Source: Cenococcum geophilum
Lineage: Eukaryota
Length of the DNA: 64,000 nt
Direction: 5' to 3'
Assembly: GCA_050273025.1 (NCBI GenBank)
Contig: CP158635.1
Span: forward strand, 19,406,001-19,470,000
Below the pieces are notes generated by a model. That model worked only from the letters and a program-made list of their open reading frames with translations. It made no database searches and was not told the DNA's origin. Shown here one piece after another: positions 14,030-27,733 of the stretch. Position 1 is the first letter of the stretch; each line of letters begins with the position of its first letter. The translations under genes and the position numbers were made by a program.

Positions 14030-17000
14030 TATTACAGAGTGAGTATAAGCGACGATAATATACAGCAAAGTAGATATTATTAAGCTATATACATAAACTG
14101 TATAATAAGGTCAAGACGTTACGTAAGGAAAAAAGGTAGGAGAACGGGGAGAAAAGGGTATATATTGTTAGCTTAGTTGCTTAGTTAATATATACACAGA
14201 GTAGAATAGGATTTAGGTAGTGGTCCTAGCAGAACTTAGTAGGATTTAATAAAACTTAGCGAAATCTGGCAGAATCTGGCAGATTGCCGTTAGATTACCG
14301 CAAATTGCCGTCTTGTGGTTAGTCTTTAATTGCTAAGTTAGTGGAAATAGGTAGACGTGTATAAGGTATTACGGGGGTATCCCATAATAGTACCCCCCCT
14401 TTAAACTTAAGCTTCTGCGAGATAGGGCTATAGTAGTTCTAAGTGGAGTTTATAAAAGTCTTCTGCGGCTTATATAAGTCCTATAGAGTTAACGGGTTCC
14501 TATAAGGGTTTAGTAAAGCCTCTCTATTTTATAAGGTATATATACTAGCGTTTCCGTTTATCGTACTTAATATTATTAATTCTTTTAACAAAGTACTTAT
14601 TCTCACCATCTACTTTAACTAGTGGGGGAGGGTTTTATATCTATTTAGGCAGGGCGGAGAACTAACGTGTAAAATACGGGGTAGGTTTTAACCGTATTAG
14701 GGAGCTTTAGTTAGTAGGCGTAGGAGGAGATAACCTTCTTAATCTTATAAGGGCTAGCGTTCTTCTAATTAAGCTTCTTAGCAGGTTATTTTGTATTTAG
14801 ATTTCTTATATCTAGCCAGACGAAGTTACTAATTTAGTAGGCCGGTGCTAGGGTTTATTTCTTATTCGCTGCGGCTTTATAGATAGATTAGGCCTATATT
14901 ATTTTGTTAGTAAGGAACTGTTATAGTTCCTCTATCTTCTTTATAAATTTATTTACTTCTGCTACTTATAAGGCATAGTAAGTAAGGCAAGGAACATTAC
15001 TAAAGGGTTTAAAACCCATTTATGGATACTAGCCGTAGTTAGCTAGGAATGGGGAGACCTTTATAGTTTCTAAGACAGAGTTATTTATAGTAAACTTGGC
15101 AAATACAAGCCAGTTAATCCAGTTGTCTTATAAGTACGACATATATATCCGAATATACTATTCTATTATAGTATTTACATATTCCATTTAACTATCCGTT
15201 TTTAGGTAGTATACCGTAGACAATAGTGCTTTAATATAGAGTTAGGTAGTTAGTTCTTTCTAAAATATAAAGATAAACTAGCTGCCTTTATTAGAGATAA
15301 TCGTTTTAGGGAGTCTGTGGAGTTTCTATATATAGTTTAGAAATAGTTAGATAACGGCAGGTATTAATATATTAGGGCAGGCGATCAAGTATCTTATTTT
15401 AGATAGTTGGTCTACAACTACTATAATATTTATACAGCCTTTACTTATAGGGAGATTAATAACAAAGTTAATTAAGATGTCCTTCTATTTTTGGTCTAGA
15501 ATAGGCAAAGGCTTTAGAAGGCCGTTATACGTCTTATGCGAAACTTTAGCTTGTCGGCAGATATAATAGCTAAAGACGTACCTTCGTGTCGTGTTATGCA
15601 TATTTAGCCAGTAGTACTCCCGTTAGAGTAGCTTTAGGGTTTTTCCTTAGCCTAGGTAGCTAGCTACTAGTAGGTCGTATATATATCTAAGGAGCTTAAG
15701 TTTAAGTTTATTGTAATTAGGGATAACTAAACGGTTCTAGTAATATAAGCGGCTTCCGCGAGCTTTACATTTACTTAGAGAGATCTTCTTAGAGCGTCTA
15801 GCGCCATCGTAGATTAGCTTAAGTGTCTTTTAGATAAACTTATTATTTGGGTATTTATCGGTTATAATCTATTTAATTAATTAATTAGTTATTTTAAGGA
15901 CGTATACTATAAGGTCCTTAGCGGGAGGGTTAAATAGTTTAGGACAAAGTAGGGTCTAGTTTTAGTAAGAGCGCGCTTCTTTTAGTGCTAGCGCGTCCTA
16001 TAAACGTTAGGTTAGAGCATCTAGCTTCTAACCTTAAACGCCTAGACGGTATATAATTAAGAATTGGAAATAAGATAGATATTCTAACTAGTGGGCCTAA
16101 TAATGGCTTAGCTGTTTTATAGTTGTGAAGTACTATAGGTTCTTATAGTTATTAAGGACCTTAATTAGAAATCTAGCACCTTCTAGTTTAGGTCGCCATT
16201 GCTTAAAGCATCTAATAATGGCTAGCAATTCTTTATTATAGATCTTGTAATTATATTTAGTAGGGCTTAGTCGCTTTAAGAAGTATGCTATAGGGTGCAA
16301 TACCCCTTCTTTGTTATATTAAGACAGAATGCCTTTAATAATATAATTAGATAAGTTGGCTTCTATAATACTTATTCGTTCTAGGTTAAAGTGTTAGAGT
16401 ATAGGTATAGTAGTAAATATAACCTTTAGGTAAGTAAAGGCCTTCTTATACTCCTTATTAAAGATAAAAGCTTTATCCTTTTAGGTTAGAGTAATGAGGG
16501 GTAAGACTAGGGCGGAGAAGTTATTAATAAACTATTGGTAGAAATTGGCAAATCCTATAAAGGCTCTTATATCTTTAACATTCTTAGGTTCTTACTAGTT
16601 TATAATTACTTCGACTTTCTTTAGGTCCATTTATATACTATTTATAGAAATAAGGAGTCTAAGGTATAGGACTTCCGTTTTATAAAACTCGTATTTATCT
16701 ATATCTAATTATAAACTAGCTCCGTGCAGGGCTTATAAAATAAGGTTAACGTATTTCTAATATTTGGTTAGGTTATTACTATATATTAGGATGTTGTTAA
16801 TATAAGCAGTACAGAAGATGTCTAGGTAAGGACGTAGGGTATTATTTATATAATGTTAAAACAAGCTTAGAGTATTTATAAGGCCGAATGGCGTTACTAA
16901 GTATTTAAATAATCTATACCAAGTGCGGAATGCAATAAGCCATTTATCTCCTTTTGCTATATAGAGGCGGTTAAATGCAGAGATAATATTAAGCTTTGTA

Positions 17001-19970
17001 TAGTAGCGAGCCTTACTTAATCGGTTTAGTGTCTCCTATATTAACGAGATCAGATATTAGTTCTTAATAGTAATAGCGTTAAGAGCTTAGTAGTCTATAC
17101 AGAAGCGTAAACCGCCGCTAGGTTTCTTAACGAAGATTACTAGTACGGCTATAGGCGACAAGCTTACTCTAATAAATCCTTTACTTAGGTTCTTATCTAA
17201 ATACTTTTATAGCACTTGGAGTTCGTTTTAGGATATCCCGTATAGGGGTCTAAATTTAAGCTGCTTTCCTTCTTTAAGTACAATCTTATGGTTATATAAT
17301 TGGTGTTTTGGTAGCTTATCAGCTTCCTTCTATAAGAATACTTCTAGGCGGTTATAGTACTCTACTAGTACCTTCGTAGCAGGGTTAGTGTACTTCTTTA
17401 GTGCTAAGGCTTTCTTAATATCGGCTATAGTAATAGCGAAGATCGTATATTCGGGTTTCTTAGTAAGTTGCGCTAGCGGGGTAGCTCTAATTATGTAAAT
17501 ATCTAGGGCATTAAGTAGGCTTTAGTCGTCCGTAGTTTCTTATATAGTTCCTTACTTAATTTTAGGTTTAGTGTTAGGTACGGAGTTAGTATTAGATTTG
17601 GGTTCGGGTTCTTTAAATATTCTTTTTATTATAGAGTACTAGTTTTTCTGGTAGTTTCGTATGCTAAGCTTAAGCTTCTGCCTAGTTCGGGGCGGTATAG
17701 TACTTAGAGTCTGTTCGTGGGGTTTAGTGAAATTTTTAGATCCTTAATAGATATTGGTGGAAATTTTATGTTGGTGGAATTTGGTAGAATTCCTAGGTTA
17801 ATGGAATCTGGTGGATTCCTTAAGTGCTAAATAGACAATAGTAGAAATCTTAGGCTAATAGATTTTAGTAGATTTCCTAGATTTTAGTTTAGGGTTAGGA
17901 TAGTACATTATAAGACACTTCTACTTATAATAGGAAGCGGTAAATAGAAGCTTAAGGTTGTCCTAATTAATGGTTACCTTATATAGCTTTATTTAGAGTT
18001 ATCTAAGAATTACCGGGTAACCTAAGGTAGTAACAAAAAGCTTAATTAGTTCTTCGCGGTTTAGGTATTAGAGTCTTAGGTATACTATATAGGTAATTCA
18101 GCCTAAGACCGTGCGTTTACTATTAAATCTAAATACATTAATATGCTAGTTAAGGGGGGTTAGGGTAAAACTATTATCTTACGTAAAGATCTTATTGATA
18201 AATCCTATACTACTAGCTCCTATATTAATTAGGACTTAAGTATTAGCCTATTAATTATTCTGCTAAAGACGACAGTTAACGGTTATACTATAATCCTAAG
18301 AGTTAGAGTTTGTGACGTCTAAAGCATTTAACAAGATCCTAAGGTAGAGCCGTCCCGGAGAGCAACTTAGCTCTAAAACCTTCCTTTTGGAGGCGATTAG
18401 GGCGGAGTTCTTATAAAGCGTCGGTTAGAGCTTTATCCTTATAAATAGTGCTTACTAGACATAGGGCTAGTACTAGATAAGGATTAGAGACGGTAACCAG
18501 TAAATTAATAAGGTAAACGGCTGCTAGTGTTAGCCGTTTATAAGTCGTTTTAGGACGTAGGTAAGGGGATAAGATAGTATTTTAAGATATAGTCCTTACT
18601 TCCACACTTAAAACAAAGGCCTAGCTTAATACGTCTTTCTTATTTAGGGGACCCTAGTGGGGCGTACTCTAGGGTTCTAGTGTTAATATCTATGGCGTTA
18701 GGGTGCTTAGGCTAAGATAATAACTTAATAGACATTTATAGGGTTGCCGTATTATATCGGGGAGCGGACTTTAGTGTTAGGCGTAGTATATCATTATACC
18801 GTTTATTAATAACGTTTACGCAGGCGTTAAGGGCTCTAGGTAGGTCTACGCCTATTAGGGAGGTTTTTAGTTTAGGGCTTAGAGATTTAATAAGGCTATT
18901 AACTAGTGCGAAGTCGTTCTAGCCAATCTCTTTTACGTAATAGTTAAATTTAGAGAAGTATACTAGGAAACTTTTCGTTCCTTAAGCTATATAGTTTATC
19001 TTTCTTTAAGTAGTAGATTAGCGGTTCGGATTACCGTATATAGCTTTAAGAAGTATAACTAGGCTTTATACTAAGTTTAGTTAAAAAGGTTTAATAAGGT
19101 TAGCTACCTTTCCTCCTAGTTAACTTAGGGCGTAATAGAGTCGGTTAGCTTTAGTTAGGTAGCAGTTAGCGTTACTAGTTAGCTTATTTTTAAGCTAGCT
19201 TAGAAATAATTAGAGCTTTTATTATTTACTAGTAAATACTAGGAGGTTAGGTAGCCATTCGGATCGTTATAGTATAGTAGTTGGTTTAGGGTAGATAGCT
19301 ACTATAGGTTTAGGGCTTACATTCCGCGTGTTTATTTCTAGGGATAGTATTTAGTCTTAAGGTTCTAGCGTAAGCATCTTAAGGGTACGGACTTCTTCTT
19401 AAAGGGCTTCTATTATTTTCTAATACTATACTTCTTACTCGGCTTATTATTAAGTTAAGGTAACTTATTATTATTTAAGGGCCTCTATAAAGGACTTCTA
19501 TATACTTGCCATTTATTTTTAGAGAATAGATATAATATCGGCGGCCGTTATGGGGGTTTTAGATGCGTTTTCCATTTTAGGCGGTAGTATAAGTAGTTAA
19601 CGCAATATAGTATTACGGAGTAAGTATAAGCGACGATAATATATAGCAAAGTAGATATTATTAAGCTATATATATAAACTGTATAATAAGGTTAAAACGT
19701 TACGTAAGGAGAGAAGGTAGGAGAACGGGGAGAAAAGGGTATATATTGTTAGCTTAGTTACTTAGTTAACACGTACACGGAGTAGAATAGGATTTAGGTA
19801 GTAGTCCTAGCAGAACTTAGCAGGATTTAGTAGAACTTGGCGGAATCTAGCAGAATATGGCAGATTGCCGTCAGATTGCCGCAAATTGCTATCCCGTGGT
19901 TAGTCTTTAGTTGCTAAGTCGGTGGAAATAGGTAGACGTGTATAAGGTATTACGGGGGTGTCCCGTGACA
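14030..19970 (-). mobile_element. Full-length RIP-degraded Ty3/Gypsy chromovirus (copy B, same family as copy A)
   Basis: 360-bp LTRs at 14030-14389 and 19611-19970 (the 5' LTR starts TGTCACGGG on the minus strand). Perfect TSD CTAAC (14025-14029, 19971-19975), PPT next to 14389, and internal sequence colinear with copy A. Confidence 0.95.
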
Positions 19971-20833
19971 CTAACCTACTTATGTCTTCTCTAAGTAGTT
20001 GTTCTACTGCTAATATAATGTTTATAGCAATTATTAACTAACTCTAATTTAATTATACTAGTAAGGGTCTAGTACTAGCGAGATTTAATATCTTAGTTAC
20101 TAGCTAAGTCGCTTACTAAGATAAGATTTAACTAAGTTATAGTAGTAGCCGCTATTAATTATAAAATAAACAATGCTAAAAATATATATAAGTCGAACAG
20201 ATTCTAAAATAGAGGTAATTTATAACTAAATCCTTATAAAATCCCTACTAGCTTTATAAAACCCCTGCTAGCATTATATAACCCCTATATTTTAGAATTA
20301 CTATCTTAGTTACTGTTTAAAGGCCCTTAGTATAGAAATATAGGAGAGTCGGCTTATTAATAGAACGCGATAATACTAAAGAGTAATATATCTCTATTAG
20401 TTAATTAGTTAACTACTTTAAAAGGTAATTAATTATATTTTAAGGGCCACTTTATTTATATGTTTTAGCTAATATAAAGTTCTAAAATTAGGGATTAGAA
20501 TTCCTCGACGCCTCTTTCTAAATTAACTCCTTTGTATATACCCCGGCCTAAATCTACCCTTAATGCCTTAAAGCAAGTAGTATTACTAATATCCGTAAGG
20601 TATCGGTTAATATATTTATAACCACTATAGAGATCTAGCCCAGCTAATACCTTAATAACTTAACGCTTAATACCACTCCCAAGTAGTAGATTCCTAATGT
20701 TTTATAAAGAAATTGGTAATAAACCGTATACGACTTCTATAGATAATAGAAGAAATTAAATATAACTGCTGCTGGACTATCTTAGAATTGCCTAACCCTT
20801 TATAACTGCTCTAGTCCTAGCGTTAATTGCTTA

Positions 20834-22655
20834 ACGTAATTCACTACCAAGTGGCGGCCCTATTAAAAACGCGACGCCTTCTATAACTACAACTATAACG
20901 GCCACACCATAATAATAAGAAGCCCTATATAGAGAGGGCAGATTGATTCTAGCTCTCCAGGCCTATAAGTGGGGCCAAATTGCGACCCTTGAGGCTGCCG
21001 CAAAACTATACGACGTCCCCCTAATAACAGCTAGGCGACGCGCTGCCGGTGTATAACTAAAACGCGGTTGTCGCGCATTAAATAACCTCCTTACACCTAT
21101 AAAAGAAGAGAGTCTTAAGCAGTGGATTCTATTAATAGATTAACGTGGTATATTACCTAGGATTGTAACCGTATAGTAGATAGCTAGTATCCTAGCTACG
21201 TAATACGCTGGGTTAGCTACCCCATTACTAATTGGCCTAAATTGAGTACTAAGGTTTATTAAGCGCCATAATTACCTATAATTTAAATATAATTATAAAT
21301 ATAACTATTAACGGGCTAAATATAAAGATTCTGTGCTTATTCGGGCCTAGTTTAAACGCGTTTTAGATACAATTATATAATATAGGATTCTTAATAAGGA
21401 TATTTATAATTTTAACGAAACTGGCTTTTAGATGGGTGTTATTATAACTATAAAAGTTATTACTAAAACCGAGTATACTGGTCGGCCTAGAATAGTATAG
21501 CTAGGTAATTAAGAATAGGTTATAATTATTAAAACTATTAATGCCCTAGGGGTTGTAATTCCGCCACTTATTATCTTTAAAGCAGTAATATACTAAGCTG
21601 CTTAGTATAAGGACGATATTATACTACATAACTAGCTAATTAGTGTTAGTAATAATGGCTAGATAATAAATAAGATTAGCCTAACCTAGCTAATAGAGGT
21701 CTTTAACAAGTATATAAAGGATCGCACGGTTAGCACGCATCGGCTGCTAGTGCTAGATAGCTATAACAGCTATATATTACCTAAATTTAATTAGTTCTGC
21801 CTAGATTATTAGATAGTCGTCCTCTATATATTAGCGCATTTATTACATCTATTGCAGCCGCTAGACGTAGGTTGTTTCTTAGTCCTTAAGCAATTATATA
21901 AACGCCTTATTAAACAGCTTATAGGCCGTGGTGTTAACTATATTAATAAGCATAAATTCCTGCCACCGTATAGGCAGGCTAGGCAGGCAGTACTGTATTA
22001 GAATAATATACGGGTAGGATTTGTAGCTACTAGCCTAGTTCCATATAGCCCTAATCGCATACTAGTATAGCTACATACTAAATATTAAACGCCATTACCC
22101 CAACATTGTCCGCAATTAAATACATCCTAAATAGCTAAAATACCCCATAATATCGCTAAACTATAACGGTACACGGCCCTACTAAAGCGCTATCTTAAAC
22201 GGCGCACGTATAGCCCACTAAGTCTAATAGAATAAGCACTTAGCTAGCTTATTAAGGGATACGAAATAGCGATACTAAGCGCTGTACTACTTATTAGTAA
22301 AAATAAGAAGCTATATATGGAAAAGCAACGCTAGAAAAGAAAGAGGGCAACTAGGCGCACGTATATAGCTAGGGGGGGTGTTCTATCGGGAGCAGAAGGA
22401 CTATCTCGTGCACAAGCTGCCCAGGAGGGGGCAGCAGAGGCAGCAGTCGAGCGACCGCAACGAGCAGTGCGCAAGTGCGGCATGTGCAAATCAACAGAAC
22501 ATACAGCTCGTACGTGTCCTAGACGTCAGATAAGCAGGCAGTAGATAGCTACAGCAAATACAATTATTCGTGGTTGAGGAATTCGCATTTTTGGTGTCGT
22601 AAGTTCTGATGGGGCCGCCACATGGTGGTGGCCGCCACTTGGTGGTGGATTACGT
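20834..22655 (+). mobile_element. Fot1/Pot2-like (pogo, Tc1-mariner) DNA transposon with RIP-inactivated transposase (~20900-22544)
   Basis: TIRs acgtaattcactaccaagtggcggcc / ggccgccacttggtggtggattacgt with a TA TSD on both sides. Motifs YNFxETGF (~21405-21430), HLLQPLDVGCF (~21845-21880) and C-terminal RKCGMCKSTEHTARTCP. Confidence 0.93.
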
Positions 22656-22660
22656 TATAA

Positions 22661-23676
22661 GCAGCTGTCGTGAATACGCTGATGGTTGATCTGAGATTCG
22701 GATCTGGGTACGTAGCGCAAGGTGGTGATATCGGGAGCGAAGTCTCTCGAGCCTTGGGTGCGGTGCATCCCGAGTATAAAGGTAAGTTTATCTATACCCC
22801 TTTTAACACTGATTGTCCACTTGAATCCCTAGATAGCTGTACACAGTAGGTCGGCACCTTGAGTGAAAGAAAATATCAGATATCTAACAGAAACCCCGCG
22901 CCGGTCAACTTCTGCATCATGCCTGAGCCGGAGGGTGTCTCTCCAGACTCCGTCAATGATCTCGAAAAGAAAGGCCTCGTCCCAGCAAGCGAATTCGGCC
23001 GCATCGGCAGCGCATATGCTTTTAGAACACGCAACCCGTCCGAGCACTATCGGCTTGGTTTTGGCGTCGAACCTGCTAGCTCTACTGGCATGGTAAGCTC
23101 CTCTGCCGCAAGTGTCATTGCATTCGATGAAATGACTCCAGACCGACATGGGCATGGCAGGATTGGTGAGAAGCTTCTCGACTGGACCGATGACGATCTG
23201 CCACTCGATACAACTCTTGAAGCCTGGCGCTGGACTGGCTAACTGAGACGTTTCCGCGCTTAATCTACCCTTACCGCTAGGTGAGTTGGTAGCATTTATT
23301 CTCTGCGCTGGCTTGCTTGTCCCTCGTATGGAGGATGCCGATCTAAAATTTTCCCAGCTCCCCACCCCCGGCAATATCGGCGCGCACGAAAACCAAATCT
23401 GGCATATCAATAAGCCGTTTCGCTTTTCGTGGTTCCCGTATGAGATCGCGCTGATACCGAAGGCGTGGGCGGTGACGACGGAAGATCTACCGCCAGCATC
23501 AGAAGGTGAGCTTCTCTTTCTCTGTCACCTCCGCTGCACGTTGATCTTCAACTGGTATTTGCTGAAGGATATACTAAACAATATCCGTAAGGTGGCCATT
23601 TTGCTGCTGTCGAGCAACCCGAGGTGCTCTGGGACAACGTGGTGGCGTTTGTTGGCCGGTCTGGAAGGCTGCTTAA
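22661..23676 (+). pseudogene. Microsomal-type (EHN) epoxide hydrolase pseudogene, 5'-truncated
   Basis: Spliced reading gives GSGYVAQGGDIGS (nucleophile motif), AVHINFC, AYALEHATRPSTIGLVL, WIGEKLLDWTD and GGHFAAVEQP (catalytic His). Lesions: frameshifts near 23020, 23225 and 23657, in-frame TAG at ~23278, and an acceptor reading CGG at ~22904. The N-terminal half is absent after the Fot1 end. Confidence 0.9.
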
Positions 23677-24846
23677 GGAAGCTAATTAGGAATTGATAGA
23701 AGAGAAAGTACATTGAGTAACCTGTGCTTTCGGTGATTCGTTTCAAGAATTGGAATTGACGGTTGGGTAGCTCATAATAGTAAAAACGGGATCACTTTAG
23801 AAATGATGCATAATCTAATGGAAAACAGTATGGCTACCACTATCCCATGCACCGGTTCTGGCGTATACCAGGTGTGGCCTCCATATTATGGCTTCGTAAG
23901 AAACTTCAGGCACTTCAAAAAGTAAAATTATCAGGTCCTTCTTTCTAAGTAACCTTGAGGTCATTCAGGCAATCGTCCAAAACTTTTATGGCGCGGCAAG
24001 GACCTGCTCTACAAAAAGCGTAGAGGACAGGGCTCTTGATGTTACTGTACCATGCAACAAGAAGCTGACAGTCACCCGCATCTGCTTACTCAATTCAAGG
24101 GTGAAAATGGCATTGGCCGTCTTGGTAAAGCTTGTAGAGTCCAAATGAACGAGTGAAATCTATCCTGTCAGCCATCAGTCTAGAAGATGCAAGTTTCCAA
24201 GTGTAAGACCAAGAACACGCATGCAGAATGAGAAGAACTATAATATGAGCACGCCCGCAGAAAAAGGAACTAGGTTTGAGTGACCTGGTGTGCTGAATCC
24301 TCTCCATGCCACGCGATAGAGGACTCGTCAACTTGTTCGATTTTTCGGTTCCGACAGATTCCTCCAAACACGTGGCCCAATATAAAGCCAACTCACCACC
24401 TGGCAACCTCTTCTGGAGAAGATCCGATAAGACACGCCGCACCTCCCGAGTGGCGGTGAAGCTATCGTGCGGCTCTCGACTAGCCCGCAGGAATCATGCA
24501 AGCAGCGAACAGCGATGCCCCACCCTCCTCCCCGGTCAAAAAATATATAAAAAATATAGGCTGATGGGAAAAATGTTCGAGAGAAAAAAATCGATGTAAA
24601 TGTGGTACATACGACTACACTCTTTCGCGCCTGACTTTTTAGGAAAATACGACTCCGTACATAGCCCCAACAGATATCTTTCATGCAGCCGTCCGTCGGT
24701 AGTCCAGAAACGCCACGCTGAATGCCCGCCAAGCAAGCTTACCCGAACGCAAAACATCAATGGGTCATTATAAATAGGAAAAAATGATACCCAGACAGTA
24801 TAGCAACTCCTGGTGTACAAACGTATATGGATGTGTGCCCAGCCCA

Positions 24847-25605
24847 TTATAACCACCACCCCGTATACCCCAAGAAATCATCCACCGCCACGATGAAGTC
24901 CCGCCCGGTCAGCGTCCCCGCGACCCGCTTCTTCCACAGCGGCTCGACGAGACCCTGGAGACGCACGCGCGCAGCCTCACCCGCGGCGGCCTTACCATCG
25001 CACCGCATGACCGTGACCTCTCCGCCTGGGAACCGTTCGCTCAGGTCAATCCTAAAGGTGGCGTCGCCGTCCGCGCAGGTATACGCCTCCGTGTCGGCGG
25101 CGTGCCCGCCCGGCGGGACGGGCCGGAAGTCTCTGCTGCGCACGCTGAGCTGCAGCAGGCGCAGGTTACCCGCGTTGACGTCGCCGATGGACGAGATCCA
25201 CGCCTTGAACGCGTCGTACATGAGCTTGAACTCCAGCTTGATGACCCACGTGTTGTAGCCGTAGAAGATGGCGAGGCTCTCGCTGCGGATCTGGCGGCAC
25301 ACCGAGGCCAGACAGTGCTGCTTGCGGCCCTTGAAGGTCGACAGGCAGTATATGAGTGGCCGTGAGGATATCAATGTGTCGGGCAGCTCGCGGTAGATCT
25401 GGTTCCTGATCTCGGGTGGCAGGTCGAGGAAGCCTGTGGGAGCGCGGACAGGTTCAGGAGGGGGCGGATGGGGCGCTTCTACGACTTCTATGGCCAGTTT
25501 GGCGATTTTGGTCGGCAGCCATTTGGGGTCCACGTCGTTGGGCGAGGGCAGCTGCGTTGCGTCCCGCTTGGGAGGCCGGCGGTCTGAGACTTGGATTGTC
25601 AGCAT
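24847..25605 (-). CDS. Conserved fungal hypothetical protein with an F-box-like/2EXR-like FLDLPPEIRNQIY motif
   Basis: Uninterrupted 252-aa GC-rich ORF containing FLDLPPEIRNQIY...VCRQIRSESLAIFYG, a pattern typical of such fungal proteins. Confidence 0.75.
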   Translation of the reverse strand: MLTIQVSDRRPPKRDATQLPSPNDVDPKWLPTKIAKLAIEVVEAPHPPPPEPVRAPTGFLDLPPEIRNQIYRELPDTLISSRPLIYCLSTFKGRKQHCLASVCRQIRSESLAIFYGYNTWVIKLEFKLMYDAFKAWISSIGDVNAGNLRLLQLSVRSRDFRPVPPGGHAADTEAYTCADGDATFRIDLSERFPGGEVTVMRCDGKAAAGEAARVRLQGLVEPLWKKRVAGTLTGRDFIVAVDDFLGYTGWWL

Positions 25606-26801
25606 TGTTTGGCTGGATATGCACTTCGTCTGGGTATCTACACACCCAAGTCTGGAAATGTAGCGCTCTCACGCGGATTGCTCGGCGTTTGCACGGTAGG
25701 CTGGATTGCAGTGATTTTCGGGGACCGCATACCAACTATGGGCGGCGGGGCTCGGCCTCCATCCAGAATTGTATTGCCAGTGACCGAGTACCGCCGCTGT
25801 AGGGGCATTATGAGCATGGGGAAGTGTGATGGGACTGAGGAGGGACCGGTCGACGAGGAGGTGTGCTGGCGCCTCAGGCAAGCGTGGGCTTCGGTGGGGT
25901 GAATGGGCGGGGTTGAACAAGATGGTTCTGAGGGGTGAGTAGCAGGTGAAAAAAGATTAAGGTAAAGGGCGAGTTTATCCGGAAGAAGAGGATGTCTCAG
26001 AGAGTGAAAAAGGGTTTGATTAGGATTATTGAAGGGGAAAAAATGCATCGGGATGACAGCGTTTCACCCAGCCAAGATGATTCACCCGCATGAGCCTTGA
26101 CCGCGTCAAATAGCGTTGAGGCTTCGCTGTGGCTTAGGGAAAGAACGCCCAAGGCAGATAGCTCCTTATCTTTCTTGGGAAGCCCTGCGAAGTCGCGGCC
26201 GACCATCTACAAGACCATCTACAAGATCATCTACAAGATCATCTCAACGCCATGCTAGCACATGCCAACACCAACGACCTCAGCCTCTCCAATACCCACA
26301 ATGACGATCCACAATCTACATGCACCCTGCCTGTCTATCTGGGGAATCTCGAGACGACGACCAACAAGTCCCTGATTTTCGACCTACCTCACTAGCCTTG
26401 TCAGCAAAAGGTGCAAGGTTACCTCGTCGATAATTAGCCGTGCAGCTTCGACTACGCTGGAAAGATCCGCGCCTTAGTTTTCTCCTATCGCAAGAACACC
26501 ATCTTCCTGGCCTCGTCAGTTGGAATGCGAGTGAGCCAAACAGCAACATATGTTTCTTAAAGTGTATGATTCAACGAAAAAGTAGCAATTTCATCCCGCC
26601 TCTGTCCTTCTGCTTTTCCTCCACGGTCTCTGTTGAAGAAATCTAACCCTGAATCCCAAGCATTTCAAATTCCGTTGCCAGCCATTTTTCCTGCTATGGG
26701 CAGTGTCTATGAACACCACGAGCCCGTCACCTGTTGTCATGGTGTTCAACTCACACCCCATCTCTCATATCCCCTATCAACACCTAATTGGGAGAAGGCT
26801 T

Positions 26802-27733
26802 CTAGGTCTGGCCCCCCCCGCCCCCCATCCCTACAGGCTCTCTCACCATAATGTCTAATTCCACGTCCTTCTCTGCTCGCTGCAGATGGACCTTCCGACG
26901 TTCCTCAAAGCCGAGCTTCCTATAGATCGCCGGATTGATGGCATTACTACTCTCCAAGTAGCATAGTTTGCCGTCATGATCGGCCTTCCTCGTCACATGC
27001 TCGATGAGTTTCCGAGCATAGCCCCTTCCGCGGGAAGAGGGACGAGTGCCAATGTACACAAGGTACCAGGAATCATCATCGTGCTCTCCAAGAACGGCAT
27101 GCTTCGTGTCATGAAGCAATGGCAGAAATTCGGTGAAGAAGCGTTTCTTTCCTTCCGCAGACAACCTGTAGATCAGCCGCCACATTCCGCTACGGAACAT
27201 GGTGAGGTAATCGTCCATGTTTTTGCCTGGGGGCATCCTGTGACCAACCATACGATCAGAATAAACCTGAAGATGGGAATAAGAGGAAATATAACTCCCT
27301 GGGAGAAAGCGAAGCCGAAATCGCCAAGAGTAATGTCGAGGTAAGAGACTTACCAAAGCGCAACAGCACCATAGTTTGGACCTACGGTAGTCACGAGGCC
27401 TTTCAGGCAATGAGCATAGGTTATATATTCGAGAATTTCTACGTGTAGACTCCATCGGTCCTCCTCCGACCAGTGCTCCCGATCGGGAACATCAATGAAG
27501 TAGCGAGCTACATCGTCTTCGGCAAATGCCTCCGCTAAGCAAAGCGCTGCCTCCTTGTACTCCTCAATGGAGATGACGCGAACGCTGTCATTAGCCGAAT
27601 TGACAGCATGCTTCGGCTTTTGCTGCACAATCCTGAAACTTGTAGGAACCTCATTGACAAGGCTGGTTCCGGGGTTCATGGTTGACTTCGGCTCGACAAT
27701 GGAAATTCCTGCTGAGGCAATCGTTTTATCCAT
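26802..27733 (-). CDS. GNAT-family N-acetyltransferase (2 exons: 27733-27354, 27237-26802)
   Basis: A GTAAGT...CAG intron joins AVALW|MPPG in frame. Acetyl-CoA motif YIGTRPSSRGRGYAR and YLESSN...YRKLGF are present. Confidence 0.88.

Noticed and set aside
19976..20831. Candidate N-terminal half of the epoxide hydrolase
   Set aside because: No HGWPGS or PSLPGY remnant was recognisable; left as unassigned RIPed sequence.
24000..24840. Short ORFs between the epoxide hydrolase and the hypothetical gene
   Set aside because: No recognisable homology; treated as intergenic/3' UTR.
26201..26245. 12-bp tandem repeat (accatctacaag)
   Set aside because: Simple minisatellite without spacers; not CRISPR-like and no evidence of function.
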